64,000 nucleotides of DNA from positions 2,254-66,253 of the forward strand of contig CAYRID010000002.1 of assembly GCA_964424225.1 (NCBI GenBank), given 5' to 3'. Of the stretch, positions 1 through 8,563 are shown in pieces. The stretch comes from an uncultured Geobacter sp. GTDB taxonomy: Bacteria; Myxococcota_A; UBA9160; JADFDR01. The translations under genes and the position numbers were made by a program. Each line of letters opens with the position of its first letter. Within the stretch, counting starts at the first letter, position 1. The notes under the pieces were generated by a model. That model was not told the origin of the DNA and searched no databases. It was given only the letters and a program-made list of their open reading frames with translations.

Positions 1-1038
1 CTGCATGAAAATTGTCGCGAGATCGCATCGCATCTCGAGCTGGTGAAACGCATCTCGAAACCGCTTGGCATTATTTGGATCGGGCTTGGTATCAATCCGC
101 TGCATTCCGTTGCTGAGGTGCCGCAAATGCCCAAGCAACGCTATCGCATCATGACCGAGTATTTGCCGACGCGTGGCCAGCTCGCGCTCGAGATGATGTA
201 TACCACGGCCACGATTCAAGCGAATTTTGATTATATGAGCGAACGCGATATGGCTGACAAAATGCGTACCGCTTTTGGTGTCACTTCGATCGTTTCGGCG
301 ATTTATGCCAATTCAACGATTGCGCAAAAGAAGGCTACGGGATTTGCGTCGCGCCGAATGCATATTTGGACTGACACCGATTCGGATCGGTCAGGGTTCT
401 TACCGTTTGTTTTTGAAGATGGATTTGGTTACGAGCGTTATATCGAATGGGCACTCGACGTGCCGATGTTTTTTTTGGTTCGCGACGGACAGTATCTACC
501 GATCTGCGGCAAGACGACTTTTCGAAAATTCATGCAACAGGGATACGAAGGTCAGCACGCGACGTTCAAAGATTTTGAAGTTCATCTTACGACTTTGTTT
601 CCCGAAGTTCGTTTGAAGCGATATATCGAAGTGCGCGGTAGCGACGCGCAACCCGCTTCGCTGACTTGTTCGGTGCCTGCAATTTGGAAGGGAATTTTGT
701 ACGACAAAGATTCGTGTCAAGCGGCTTATGATCTGACGCGGCATTGGACCTTCGAAGAACGTCTCGAAGCGCACCGCGCGGCGGCGCGCTGTGGCCTTGC
801 CGGAAAAATGGGAAAATATGCGCTTGCGGATCTCGCACGAGAACTTGTCGAAATTTCCGCAGAAGGGTTACGCCGCCTTAGTCACAAAAATGCAGCAGGC
901 GATGATGAGCGAGTTTTTTTGGATGTACCGCGCGAGTTTGTCGCGCAAGGCAAAAGCCCTGGCGTTTTGTTGCTTGAACTCTGGCAACATAAATGGGCTC
1001 ATTCACCGGAGCGTTTGGTGGAATATGCGCAATATTAG
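1..1038 (+). CDS. gshA: Glutamate-cysteine ligase, plant/proteobacterial GCS2 type; 5' end cut by window edge
   Basis: Frame 1 is open from base 1 into listed ORF 43..1038. Stretches such as HIWTDTDSDRSGFLPFVFEDGFGYERYIEWALDVPMFF and HLTTLFPEVRLKRYIEVRG closely parallel plant GSH1-type gamma-glutamylcysteine synthetase as I remember it. Confidence 0.85.
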   Translation: MHENCREIASHLELVKRISKPLGIIWIGLGINPLHSVAEVPQMPKQRYRIMTEYLPTRGQLALEMMYTTATIQANFDYMSERDMADKMRTAFGVTSIVSAIYANSTIAQKKATGFASRRMHIWTDTDSDRSGFLPFVFEDGFGYERYIEWALDVPMFFLVRDGQYLPICGKTTFRKFMQQGYEGQHATFKDFEVHLTTLFPEVRLKRYIEVRGSDAQPASLTCSVPAIWKGILYDKDSCQAAYDLTRHWTFEERLEAHRAAARCGLAGKMGKYALADLARELVEISAEGLRRLSHKNAAGDDERVFLDVPREFVAQGKSPGVLLLELWQHKWAHSPERLVEYAQY

Positions 1039-1148
1039 AGGCGCTTCTTTTTACGCGTTTGCGCGAGAAAAACCGTTCATAGAATCAAAAAAGCGCGCGT
1101 CTAAAAAAATCCAAATTGGAAAAAGAAAACTCGAAACGAGGAGTTCGC

Positions 1149-2345
1149 ATGCCTGCGATTACGATCTATACGAAGACACATTGTCCTTATTGCTCGATGG
1201 CAAAACGTTTGCTCGAATCCAAAGGTCAGACTTGGACAGAAATTAACATTGAAGATTATCCCGAGCGCAAAGCCGAGATGATGGAGCGCTCCGGTCGAAA
1301 AACGGTGCCGCAAATTTGGATCGGCGATCGGCATGTCGGCGGCTTCGATGATCTTTCTGCACTCGATGCGTCGGGCGAACTCACCTCCTTGCTGGGGATC
1401 GAGGAAAAGCACAGCACCGCCCATGCACGAGTCGTGATCGTCGGAAGTGGTCCTGCGGGCTACACCGCAGCGATTTATGCAGCGCGCGCGGAACTTAAAC
1501 CCGTGGTTTTTGCGGGCTTGATGTCGGGTGGTCAGCTGATGCTTACGACGGAGATCGAAAATTATCCCGGTTTCTCGGAAGGCATCAAAGGCCCAGAATT
1601 GATGGAGCTTTTGCAAAAACAAGCCGAGCGATTTGGCACGCAGATTTTTCTCGAGGACGTCGAGTCGATCGACTGCTCGAAACGACCGTTTCAAGTTCGC
1701 GGCAGCGAACATACTTACACGGCCGATGCCGTGATCGTGGCGACCGGCGCATCGGCACGCTGGCTTGGTATTGAATCCGAGCAGAAGTTTTTGAATCGCG
1801 GTGTGTCGGCTTGCGCGACTTGCGACGGAGCTTTTTTCAAGGACAAGCCCGTGGCTATCGTCGGTGGCGGCGATACTGCACTGGAAGAGGCCCTTTTTCT
1901 TACGCGTTATGCAACCAAAGTGACATTGATTCATCGTCGCGATCAGTTGCGTGCATCGAAAATTATGCAAGAGCGTGCTGCGGCCAACAAAAAGATCGAA
2001 TTCGTGTGGGACAGCGCGATCGATGAAATTTTTGGTGAGAAGGCCGTGCAAGGCATCAAAATTCGCAATGTGAAGACGGGTGCGCTGCGAGAACTTGCCG
2101 TCGAGGGTGTGTTCATTGCGATTGGGCACAAGCCAAATACGGAATTCTTAAAGGGACAACTCGCACTTGATCCGGCGGGTTACATTCAAGCCAAGCCGGG
2201 CACGAGTCGTGCGTCGATCGAAGGTGTGTTCGCGTGTGGTGATGTGATGGATCCGACGTACCGCCAAGCGATCACTGCTGCGGGCAGCGGTTGTATGGCG
2301 GCGATTGATGTGGAGCGCTGGCTTGCAGAAAAAGGCTTCGAGTAG
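1149..2345 (+). CDS. trxB: Glutaredoxin-thioredoxin reductase fusion (N-terminal CPYC glutaredoxin domain + low-Mr TrxB)
   Basis: ATG at 1149 follows GAGGAG. The N-terminus ITIYTKTHCPYCSMAKRLL...TVPQIWIGDRHVGGFDDL is a classic Grx. It is followed by VVIVGSGPAGYTAAIYAARA (FAD), CATCDG (redox disulfide) and VAIVGGGDTALEEALFLTRYATKVTLIHRRD (NADPH). Confidence 0.85.
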   Translation: MPAITIYTKTHCPYCSMAKRLLESKGQTWTEINIEDYPERKAEMMERSGRKTVPQIWIGDRHVGGFDDLSALDASGELTSLLGIEEKHSTAHARVVIVGSGPAGYTAAIYAARAELKPVVFAGLMSGGQLMLTTEIENYPGFSEGIKGPELMELLQKQAERFGTQIFLEDVESIDCSKRPFQVRGSEHTYTADAVIVATGASARWLGIESEQKFLNRGVSACATCDGAFFKDKPVAIVGGGDTALEEALFLTRYATKVTLIHRRDQLRASKIMQERAAANKKIEFVWDSAIDEIFGEKAVQGIKIRNVKTGALRELAVEGVFIAIGHKPNTEFLKGQLALDPAGYIQAKPGTSRASIEGVFACGDVMDPTYRQAITAAGSGCMAAIDVERWLAEKGFE

Positions 2346-2423
2346 CGCGAAGTTTTTGCTTTTGATTTTGCTTTTACCGAGAAACAAAGCGCGAATCATT
2401 GGGAATCGCTGGGAGCGGTAGAA

Positions 2424-3542
2424 ATGTCGCTTAGCCCGGAAAGCTTTCAGCAGCTGGTGGCACAATCGAGCGACATTGTGGTCGCGACGAATCGTCAAGG
2501 CATCGTGACGTATTGCAACGACGGTGCAAAACGCGTGCTTGGCTATAACCCCGAAGAAATTCTCGGCCACTTCGTTGTCGAGTTGTATCCAAATCTCGAC
2601 GAAGCGCGCCGTGTGATGTCCGCAATGCGCAGTGATGAAATCGGAAATGCGGGCGGTCTCGATGCATTTCAAACTGTTTTCGTGAGTAAATCTGGCGAAC
2701 AAATCCCGGTAGCGATTTCGGGAACAATCTTGCGCGACGCCGCGCGAAATGAAGTGGGCACGATCGGCTTTGCGAAAGATTTGCGAGAAATTTTGCGCCG
2801 TGATCAGCTGGCTACACTCGGCGAAGTGGCAATCGGTTTGAGCCACGAGATCAATACGCCCCTCGCTGTCATCTTGAATCAAATCGAACTTCTTGAACGC
2901 GATGTCGAGGTGCTCGCTGGCGAGAAAGATTGCTCCGTGCCTTTGGAACGCTTGGATTCGATCCGCCGCGAAATTGGACGTTTGTCAGACATTGTTGATC
3001 GCTTAAGTGAAATGGTTGAAGCCGAGCGTTATGAGACGGTGACATACATTGGACCCGCAAAAATGCTTGATCTTCGACACAAAATTGCGTATTCCAAAAA
3101 AAGCGATCCGCGAATGCGAGGTCTACGCATTTTAGTAGTGGATGACGATCTTGGAATTTGTGAAACCTTGCGCGAGCTTCTCGAACATCATGGCTGCTGC
3201 GTTACGACTGCCAATGACGGCGAGGAGGCACTCGCAAAATTACGAAGCGCCGAGTTCGATGTACTGCTTTCAGACGTTGCGATGCCGAAGATGGATGGAT
3301 TTGATCTTTACTGTGTCGCAGAAAAAGAATTTCCAAAATTACCGGTACTGATGATGACCGGCTTTTATTACGACAAAGACCACGTCATCAAACGCAGCCG
3401 ATTTCGCGGCCTTCGAGGCGTGGTTTTTAAAAAACCTGTTGATCCCGATCGCTTACAACAGGTTATTTTGGAATCGGTGTATGGCTCTGTGGAAAACACG
3501 ACACCGTGCAGTGTTCCGAATGCTGCCAAACGTGGATCTTAA
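2424..3542 (+). CDS. PAS-DHp(HisKA)-receiver protein with no recognisable HATPase domain
   Basis: PAS-like N-terminus (IVVATNRQGIVTYCNDGAKRVLGYNPEEILG). H-box LSHEINTPLAVILNQIELLE. About 90 aa later a receiver domain starts directly (LRILVVDDD...DVLLSDVAMPKMDG...FKKP). I found no N/G1/G2 ATP-binding boxes. Confidence 0.75.
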   Translation: MSLSPESFQQLVAQSSDIVVATNRQGIVTYCNDGAKRVLGYNPEEILGHFVVELYPNLDEARRVMSAMRSDEIGNAGGLDAFQTVFVSKSGEQIPVAISGTILRDAARNEVGTIGFAKDLREILRRDQLATLGEVAIGLSHEINTPLAVILNQIELLERDVEVLAGEKDCSVPLERLDSIRREIGRLSDIVDRLSEMVEAERYETVTYIGPAKMLDLRHKIAYSKKSDPRMRGLRILVVDDDLGICETLRELLEHHGCCVTTANDGEEALAKLRSAEFDVLLSDVAMPKMDGFDLYCVAEKEFPKLPVLMMTGFYYDKDHVIKRSRFRGLRGVVFKKPVDPDRLQQVILESVYGSVENTTPCSVPNAAKRGS

Positions 3543-3724
3543 TCTTCTTCAATCAGTGATTTTTCAATATTGAAGAGTTTTCCGTCGCTATTTTTGGCCA
3601 AATAGAAATCGGTCCATTCCTTGAGGACCGTTACTTCCTCACCTTTCTCAAAGGCAACTTCTTCTGTCTCCGAGCCCGCGCTCGCAGTGTGCTTGAGGGT
3701 GATGGCTTGCTTGAGTTTTGCCAT
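3539..3724 (-). CDS. Small hypothetical protein (61 aa, MAKLKQAITLKH...KSLIEED)
   Basis: ATG at 3724 inside listed ORF 3539..4180. The longer N-terminal extension overlaps comF in another frame. I recognise no homology. The stop is shared in a TTAA with the convergent gene. Confidence 0.35.
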   Translation of the reverse strand: MAKLKQAITLKHTASAGSETEEVAFEKGEEVTVLKEWTDFYLAKNSDGKLFNIEKSLIEED

Positions 3725-3770
3725 TTGCAGACTCCTTGATCGTGTTGCGCAGCAACGTTTGAAGCGGTTT

Positions 3771-4496
3771 TTAGCTGTTCGCCGAACTCTTTTCAACCAA
3801 ACTCGGAGTGCGGGCGATCGAGATTCCAAAAATTTCACGAATCCCGCTGCGTTGGAGTTCGTGTGCAGCTTCGTTGAGCGTGCTTCCCGTCGTGATGACG
3901 TCATCGACGAGCCAGACGCGCGCGCTAGACAGAGATTTTGCCTCTGTCGCTCGAAATGCACCGCGTACATTTGCAGCGCGATCTGCCATTTTGAGTGCAG
4001 TTTGCGTCGGTGTGTTGCGCACGCGAGTGAGCGCATTGGGCACGAGTTGAATGCGATGCGCTCTTGCAAGATTTTGCGCAAGCAAGAGTGCAGGATTAAA
4101 ACCGCGCTTTTGTAAGCGCTCCGGATGCAGTGGAATCGGCACGATGGCGTCGGCACGCGGCGCTGCAAGGCTCGCCTCAAGCATCAAGGAAGAAAGAAAA
4201 CGCAGTGGCCCCGGATCAAGACCGAGCAGGCCTGGCGACGGATACTTAAAACGATGGATCCATTGGCTCACGGGCATTTCAAAAGTCGTTGCAGCAAAGC
4301 AGCGTAGCGTTCCAGCGTTTGGTGAAAAAGCGATCTCGGTTTGCGAAACGCGCAGTACTGAAAAATTGGCCGTGCATTGAGCGCAAATTGCATGGGATGT
4401 GCGAACCAACGGTGCGCGACATGCAAAGCAAACGCCGGGCAAAATTTGCTCGAAGAATTCGCCGGCAGCTTGTTGCAGCGAATGAAAAAGCGACAA
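3771..4496 (-). CDS. comF: ComF-family phosphoribosyltransferase-domain protein
   Basis: N-terminal Cys pairs (CFACRAP...CAQC) and a C-terminal PRTase motif VWLVDDVITTGSTLNEAA. TTG start is preceded by GAGGAGAGAAGGGG. Confidence 0.75.
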   Translation of the reverse strand: MSLFHSLQQAAGEFFEQILPGVCFACRAPLVRTSHAICAQCTANFSVLRVSQTEIAFSPNAGTLRCFAATTFEMPVSQWIHRFKYPSPGLLGLDPGPLRFLSSLMLEASLAAPRADAIVPIPLHPERLQKRGFNPALLLAQNLARAHRIQLVPNALTRVRNTPTQTALKMADRAANVRGAFRATEAKSLSSARVWLVDDVITTGSTLNEAAHELQRSGIREIFGISIARTPSLVEKSSANS

Positions 4497-4569
4497 CCCC
4501 TTCTCTCCTCGGGACCGATTCGAGATTTGGTTTTGCGTACACCAATGCGCACGCAGCGAACGGAGAAAA

Positions 4570-6099
4570 TTACACGATCAAGTTTTTGCCCGTCATTTCT
4601 TGAGGAACTTTGAGTCCGAGCAAATTCAAAATCGTCGGCGCAAGATCGGAAAGGCCACCGTCATTTAATCTACATCCTTTTGTGTCAGACGCAATCCACC
4701 AAAGAGGAACGGGATTCGTCGTATGTGCGGTGTGCGGTTCGCCGGTTTCGGGATCCACCATCAATTCACAGTTTCCGTGGTCGGCCGTGATCAAGAGCGT
4801 TCCGTTTTTTGCAAGCACCGCTTGCGTAATTTGATCGAGGCAATAATCGATGGTTTCGACGGCGCTGATCGCGGCGGAGAGTTTTCCCGTGTGCCCCACC
4901 ATGTCGGGATTGGCAAAATTCACCAAGATGAATGCGTAATCTTCGCGTGCAATTTCTTGCAGTAGCTCTTGGGTGACCAAGTTCGCACTCATCTCGGGCT
5001 TTTGATCGTATGTTGTGACGTCGCGCGGCGAAGGCACCAAGATGCGTTTTTCGCCCGGAAAAGGTGCCTCGCGGCCGTTATTGAAGAAGAAGGTGACGTG
5101 CGCGTATTTCTCGGTTTCGGCGATTCGTAGTTGGCGCAAGCCTTCGCGCGCTACCAAATCGCCGAGGATGTTTTCGGCGCGCTGATTTTCAAAGACAACC
5201 GGCAGTTTGAACTCGGCGTCGTATTCGCTGAAGCAGCAGTACGCCGCGAGTGTGACGACTTTGCGTTGCTTGAGCTCACCTTCAAATTGGCTTGGCAATA
5301 CACCGGTGAGTGCATTGGTGATTTCGCGCGCACGATCCGCACGAAAGTTGAAACACAAAACTGCGTCACCGCTTTCGATGCGTGCAGTCTTGGCAATGAT
5401 GGTCGGCTTGATGAACTCGTCGGTTTCGCCGCGGGCATAGGCTTCGCGCACCGCCGTCAGTGCGTCCACGGCTTGTTCGCCTTCGCCCAGGACGAGTGCA
5501 TGGTAGGCGGCAGAAATTCGATCCCACCGTTTGTCGCGATCCATGGCATAGAAACGTCCACAAACCGTTGCGATTTGGCCATGCACTGCAGCCACTTTTG
5601 GTGCGAGTGCCTCAATGTAGCCGAGTGCGGATTGGGGTGGCGTGTCGCGACCATCCAGGAAGGCGTGCACTATGGGGGAGAGACCAAGGCGCCCAAAATA
5701 TTCGAGCAACGCATAAAGGTGTTGTTGATGGCTATGCACGCCACCGTCGGAAACGAGACCGATCAAATGCAGCTTTCCTCCGCTGCGTTGAAGTGCCGCC
5801 AGCAAATCGCGAATAGCGGGTAAGCGGTCCAGTTCGCCTTGCGAGAGGGCTTTTGAAATTCGCGTTAAATCTTGATCGATAATTCGTCCGGCACCCATCG
5901 TCATATGTCCAACTTCCGAATTGCCCATTTGTCCGTCGGGAAGTCCGACAGCGGCTCCGGAGGTTTCCAGTGCCGAGTGCGGATAGTTTGCAGTGATCTG
6001 ATCAAAGAATGGTGTATGCGCCAGTGCCGTAGCATCGCTGGCGCCGCGATCGCCGATTCCAAAACCATCGAGGACGATGAGCATCACTGGCTGCGTCAT
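4570..6099 (-). CDS. gpmI: 2,3-bisphosphoglycerate-independent phosphoglycerate mutase
   Basis: VMLIVLDGFGIG...MGNSEVGHMTMGAGR...SDGGVHSH...ADHGN motifs. ATG at 6099 forms an ATGA overlap with the upstream gene's stop. The listed ORF extends 21 codons further with no support. Confidence 0.9.
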   Translation of the reverse strand: MTQPVMLIVLDGFGIGDRGASDATALAHTPFFDQITANYPHSALETSGAAVGLPDGQMGNSEVGHMTMGAGRIIDQDLTRISKALSQGELDRLPAIRDLLAALQRSGGKLHLIGLVSDGGVHSHQQHLYALLEYFGRLGLSPIVHAFLDGRDTPPQSALGYIEALAPKVAAVHGQIATVCGRFYAMDRDKRWDRISAAYHALVLGEGEQAVDALTAVREAYARGETDEFIKPTIIAKTARIESGDAVLCFNFRADRAREITNALTGVLPSQFEGELKQRKVVTLAAYCCFSEYDAEFKLPVVFENQRAENILGDLVAREGLRQLRIAETEKYAHVTFFFNNGREAPFPGEKRILVPSPRDVTTYDQKPEMSANLVTQELLQEIAREDYAFILVNFANPDMVGHTGKLSAAISAVETIDYCLDQITQAVLAKNGTLLITADHGNCELMVDPETGEPHTAHTTNPVPLWWIASDTKGCRLNDGGLSDLAPTILNLLGLKVPQEMTGKNLIV

Positions 6100-7247
6100 T
6101 GCACTTGGCTCCGTCGGGATTCGTCTTCGAGATTCAGCGCCACCACGGGAGCATCGTTCCACAGGCGCTCAAGGTCGTAGTGTTTGCGTACTTCGTCTTG
6201 AAAGATATGCGCAATCACGTCGCCGAAATCGACCAAAATCCAGCGCCCCTCTTCGTAACCTTCGATGCCGAGCGGTTTTTCTCCGACGGCAGAGAGGGCT
6301 TCACGAATGGCATCGGCAATGGCGCGTGCGTGGCGATCCGAGGTGCTGGTAACGAACAAGAATCGGTCGGCGATGGATGAAAGCTTATGTACATCCAGCG
6401 CGACGAGATCAAGACCGCGTTTGTCGGCAGCTGCCTGCGCGATGTACTGGGTTTTTGTGGCAGAAGAAATTTGTGTTTTGGCCAATCGTTTTCCCTTTGG
6501 CTTGCGCTTGTGATTTGTCTCCAAGTCGGTCGAATTCGCTTCGCGGTACAATGCGCTTTGCACGACGGCGTCGCAAATATTTTCGGGAAGCAGCGCGCGC
6601 ACCGCTCCGATGTCATTCGTACGGAGTTTCTCTCGAATTTCGGTAGCCGAAATTTCCAGAGCTGCAATTTCGAGCAATATAATTTTTGCTTGTGTTCGTC
6701 GGTGCAAAGCAGTTTTTCCGTCGCTTGACAATTCGAGTGCATCAAGAAGGCAGTGCGGCAGATTGTCTGCAAGCGTAGCGTGAGAGTTGGGTGGACGTGT
6801 CATGACAGCGAAGTCTGCAAACTCGAACAAGCGATCGGGTGTCTTCCAAGTGTCGAGTTCGCGAAACGCATCGAGCCCAATTAGAAAGACCAGTCGCGCA
6901 TTGGGAAATTTCTGATGCAAAATCTCTAGCGTATCGACGGAGTAAGAGGGGCCTGTTCGCTTGAGTTCGAGATCATCGACGTCAAAGCGCGGATCGTTTT
7001 CGATTGCTTTTTGAAGCCAAGCAAGTCGCGCTTGCGCCGGAGCGATCGGAGCTTCTTCTTTGTGCGGCGGAACTGCGCACGGAATGAAGAGGACTTTTCC
7101 GAGGCCAAGACATTGAGCCGCTTCGCGTGCAGCATGTAAATGGCCGCGGTGCACAGGATTGAAGGTTCCGCCAAACACTCCAATGCGTCGAACAAAATCT
7201 TCTTGTCTGCGCTCACTTGCGCAACCCGCTTGCGAGAGATCGCTCAT
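6096..7247 (-). CDS. nadD: Nicotinate-nucleotide adenylyltransferase fused in frame to ribosomal silencing factor RsfS
   Basis: N-terminal GVFGGTFNPVHRGHL (NadD). A basic linker follows, then the C-terminal RsfS-like ...KRGLDLVALDVHKLSSIADRFLFVTSTSDRHARAIADAI...RWILVDFGDVIAHIF...YDLERLW. It is one uninterrupted ORF. Confidence 0.85.
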   Translation of the reverse strand: MSDLSQAGCASERRQEDFVRRIGVFGGTFNPVHRGHLHAAREAAQCLGLGKVLFIPCAVPPHKEEAPIAPAQARLAWLQKAIENDPRFDVDDLELKRTGPSYSVDTLEILHQKFPNARLVFLIGLDAFRELDTWKTPDRLFEFADFAVMTRPPNSHATLADNLPHCLLDALELSSDGKTALHRRTQAKIILLEIAALEISATEIREKLRTNDIGAVRALLPENICDAVVQSALYREANSTDLETNHKRKPKGKRLAKTQISSATKTQYIAQAAADKRGLDLVALDVHKLSSIADRFLFVTSTSDRHARAIADAIREALSAVGEKPLGIEGYEEGRWILVDFGDVIAHIFQDEVRKHYDLERLWNDAPVVALNLEDESRRSQVQ

Positions 7248-8521
7248 TCTCGAACTTGACCTTCCCCGTAAAGGATGAATTTGAGCGTGGTCAAACCCTC
7301 AAGGCCCATGGGCCCGTAGGCGTGTAGTTTTGAAGTCGAGACGCCAATTTCTGCACCAAGCCCAAGTTGAAAACCGTCGGAAAACCCGGTGGCGCAGTTT
7401 ACTCCGACGGTGGAGGAGTTCACTCGCTGGAGCCATCTCTGCGCCGAAGCATAGTTTTCCGTCACAATATTGTCGGTGTGATTCGAGCCATAGCGTTCGA
7501 TGTGGGCGACGGCCGCATCCAGGTCATCGACGACGCGCACCGCGAGAATACGATCGAGATACTCAGCGGCCCAGTCGCTTTCCTTTGCAGGTTTTGCGGG
7601 CGTGAAAATTTTGCAAGTCGTGGAGCAGCCACGAATCTCGACATCCTCTTCGTGAAGGTCCTGCAAAACTTGTGGGAGCAAACGCTGCGCTGCTTCGCGG
7701 TGCACGAGCAGTGTTTCGAGGCCGTTGCAGTAGGCCATCTGACGAATTTTTGAATTGCGTACGAGTTTGCGCGACATGGCGAGATCGGCCGAGGCATCAA
7801 GAAACAAGTGACACACTCCTGCGTCATGTTTGATGACGGGGATGCGCGAGTCTTGCGAGACTTTTCGAATCAACTCGGGCCCGCCGCGTGGAATGATTAA
7901 ATCGATGTAGGCATCGGCCTTGAGGAGCACGTCGATGGCTGCGCGTTCCGTTGTTGGAATGAGCGTGACGGAGGCTTTTGGGATGCCGACCTCGCGGGCC
8001 GCGGCACGCAGCGCTTCCGCGAGGGCGCGATTGGCGCGAATCGCTTCGGAGCCACCGCGCAGGATCACGGCGTTGCCGGCTTTGAGGCAGAGCGCCGCTG
8101 CATCGACGGTAACATTTGGACGCGATTCGTAGATGATGCCGATCACGCCGAGCGGAATCCGCATTTGTCCGACGCGCAGACCATTGGGACGTACACGCAT
8201 TCCTGTCACCTGGCCAATTGGATCGGGGAATGCGGCAACGTCGCGAAGTCCGTTCAACATGTCGCGCCAACGCGCATCGGAGAGTTCGAGTCGTTTCAAA
8301 AGCGGTGCTGCAGTGCCGCGCTTTTGTGCGTCAGCGATGTCTTCGCGATTGGCGGCCAAAATTTTTTCGCGTGCAGCTTCGAGTTTATCGATGGCTGCGA
8401 AACACCAGCTTTGTTTTTGTGCAGAGGAAAGATTTGCTGTTGCGCGCGAAGCTTCGCGGGCATTCCGCGCGAGTTCTAAAATTTCATTTTCGAGATCTTC
8501 GTTTTCGGGATGGGTATTCAT
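7244..8521 (-). CDS. proA: Glutamate-5-semialdehyde dehydrogenase
   Basis: Full-length similarity to ProA (IPLGVIGIIYESRPNVTVDAAALCLKAGNAVILRGG...CNGLETLLVH...HTDNIVT). ATGA overlap with nadD. Confidence 0.9.
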   Translation of the reverse strand: MNTHPENEDLENEILELARNAREASRATANLSSAQKQSWCFAAIDKLEAAREKILAANREDIADAQKRGTAAPLLKRLELSDARWRDMLNGLRDVAAFPDPIGQVTGMRVRPNGLRVGQMRIPLGVIGIIYESRPNVTVDAAALCLKAGNAVILRGGSEAIRANRALAEALRAAAREVGIPKASVTLIPTTERAAIDVLLKADAYIDLIIPRGGPELIRKVSQDSRIPVIKHDAGVCHLFLDASADLAMSRKLVRNSKIRQMAYCNGLETLLVHREAAQRLLPQVLQDLHEEDVEIRGCSTTCKIFTPAKPAKESDWAAEYLDRILAVRVVDDLDAAVAHIERYGSNHTDNIVTENYASAQRWLQRVNSSTVGVNCATGFSDGFQLGLGAEIGVSTSKLHAYGPMGLEGLTTLKFILYGEGQVRE

Positions 8522-8563
8522 TGAGATTTCCGCCGTTGTATGACCTTCAAGGTGCTTTGGTTT

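Noticed and set aside
1101-2129. 342-aa minus-strand ORF antisense to the Grx-TrxR gene. Similar long antisense ORFs occur at 19299-20213, 21593-22804, 27855-28568, 56622-57533, 57768-58664, 62264-63001 and 63242-63985.
   Set aside because: Each lies entirely opposite a gene with strong, motif-level family identity. Their translations are Arg/Cys/His-rich with no recognisable motifs. These are typical shadow ORFs of GC-rich coding sequence.
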